The position numbers and the translations under genes are program-made. A stretch of DNA of 64,000 bases from an uncultured delta proteobacterium (GTDB lineage Bacteria; Myxococcota; Myxococcia; Myxococcales; Myxococcaceae): positions 960,001-1,024,000 of the forward strand of contig CAWCKH010000004.1 of assembly GCA_963796055.1 (NCBI GenBank), read 5' to 3'. Under the pieces are notes generated by a model that did no database searches, was not told where the DNA came from, and was given only the letters and a program-made list of their open reading frames with translations. The stretch's first letter is position 1. Every line of letters begins with the position of its first letter. Positions 62,734 to 64,000 of the stretch are shown here, piece after piece.

Positions 62734-63573
62734 CTACCCGGTTGCGCGCGAGGGCCCCGCGCCTTCCGTCAGCGCGCCGATCAGCTCCGAGCGGGTGGAC
62801 ACGCCCACCTTCTCGAACAGCCGGGCCAGCGTGTTCCGCACCGTGTTGGTGGAGATGCCGAGCGTCCGGCCAATCTCGCGGTTGGTGAGCCCGGCCCGCA
62901 GGCCCTGGACGATCTGGGATTCGCGAGGGGTGAGCCCCCGGGTCACCACCGGGCCGTCCACCAGCTGGGCCCGCGTTCGGACGCCGGTCTTGTCGAAGAC
63001 CCGCACCAGGAGGTTGCGCACCGCTGCCACCGACCGGCCGGTGGCCAGGGCGATCTGCGCGTTGGTGTACCCCAGACGCAGGTACTGAACGACGTCCGCC
63101 TCCCGTGGGGACAGCGCCCGCGCAGCCTGCGCGCCCGTGCCCCGGGCGGCGCCCTCGTCGGCGAGGATCAGCGTCGGAAGCAGCGTCCGGAGCCGGCTCA
63201 CCTCGTCGGCTCCGAACGCCCCCTCGTCCCTCTCGACGATCAGGGCGGCCCGCGTCCGCCCGTACCGTTCGAGATCCAGCCGCAGCTCCACGCCCCTGCC
63301 CCTCTGCTCCGGATGGCTCGCCAGCCCCGCCACGGGCGCACCGAGGCTCACCGGGCGGCGGACCGGGAACTCCACCCGGAGCTCGCCGAAGGGAGGCACC
63401 TCCTCCCAGGCGCCCCGATCGAACGGGAGCGCCCGGGCCAGCAGCCCGAGCGCGCGCGCGCGGAACTCGGCCTTCGAGGAGGCGGAGAGCGCCAGCCGGG
63501 TGAGCTGGGAGATGAGCTCGGCGGCGTCCGACGCCGTCGATGGAGCGACCACCGTGGCGTTCAGGGCGGTCAT
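62734..63573 (-). CDS. LuxR-family regulator with two tandem HTH domains
   Basis: LSPREADV..GYTNAQIA and LTPRESQI..GLTNREIG; GGAGG before ATG 63573. Confidence 0.88.
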   Translation of the reverse strand: MTALNATVVAPSTASDAAELISQLTRLALSASSKAEFRARALGLLARALPFDRGAWEEVPPFGELRVEFPVRRPVSLGAPVAGLASHPEQRGRGVELRLDLERYGRTRAALIVERDEGAFGADEVSRLRTLLPTLILADEGAARGTGAQAARALSPREADVVQYLRLGYTNAQIALATGRSVAAVRNLLVRVFDKTGVRTRAQLVDGPVVTRGLTPRESQIVQGLRAGLTNREIGRTLGISTNTVRNTLARLFEKVGVSTRSELIGALTEGAGPSRATG

Positions 63574-64000
63574 CGCGCACCTCCGGCCGCCGCCTGGACC
63601 AGCAGCCGCGAGGTCGCCAGGCCCACCAGCTCGGAGCGCGTGCCCACTCCCGTCTTCCGGTAGAGGCGCACCAGCTGGTTGCGCACCGTGGCCGGGGAGG
63701 TCCCGAGCGCCCGGGCGATGTCGTCGTTCCGGAATCCCCGGACCAGGTACGCGAAGATCTGCCGCTCGCGCGGCGACAGGGACACCCCCACCGTCTCGCC
63801 GACCTCGACCTGTCGCTCGTCGCCGAGCTGGAGCACCGGCCGGAGCTGGCCGAGGACGGACAGCTCGTCGGTGGTGAATGGACGGACCCTGGAAACCGAC
63901 AGCGCGGAGGTCGAACGCTCCCCCACCCGAAGCACACAGCACATGAGCTCACGTCCCGTCGCGGACCAGTCCCGCTCACCCGGCCCACACAGCACCCATC
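63570..64000 (-). CDS. LuxR-family regulator, C-terminal part (runs off window)
   Basis: LSPRERQIFAYLVRGFRNDDIARALGTSPATVRNQL. Confidence 0.85.
   Translation of the reverse strand, partial: WVLCGPGERDWSATGRELMCCVLRVGERSTSALSVSRVRPFTTDELSVLGQLRPVLQLGDERQVEVGETVGVSLSPRERQIFAYLVRGFRNDDIARALGTSPATVRNQLVRLYRKTGVGTRSELVGLATSRLLVQAAAGGAR

Overview
High-GC bacterial window, most likely Myxococcota (MYXO-CTERM sorting signal, oar-mlpA-like pair, Myxococcus-type LexA box). 1-17 kb is a surface-polysaccharide/glycosylation region (GT4/GT2 enzymes, Wzc, acyltransferase, methyltransferases, an embedded glnB) with several gene relics. 17-28 kb holds a degenerate enhancer-binding protein, an amidohydrolase, nrfHA (CXXCH-type NrfA), a MYXO-CTERM surface protein and an ABC permease. 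28-64 kb holds an AbrB/Doc toxin-antitoxin pair, mfd, hutF-argE, ligD, lhr, a NatAB-like ABC system, oar/mlpA and tandem LuxR regulators. The main result is a dispersed hairpin repeat, GTAAC-GAGGTGTCTGGCACCTC (about 23 exact cores plus about 6 variants counted by eye, all at 28-57.5 kb). It brackets a RAYT-like HUH/Y1 nuclease gene in direct orientation, forms half-site multimers, borders a duplicate of the ligD 5' end, and sits in-frame inside lhr. It is also the exact target of two near-identical IS4/IS10-group elements inserted at its symmetry axis. Many genes carry single-base frameshifts that look like sequencing error. All calls come from reading motifs by eye; no searches were run.
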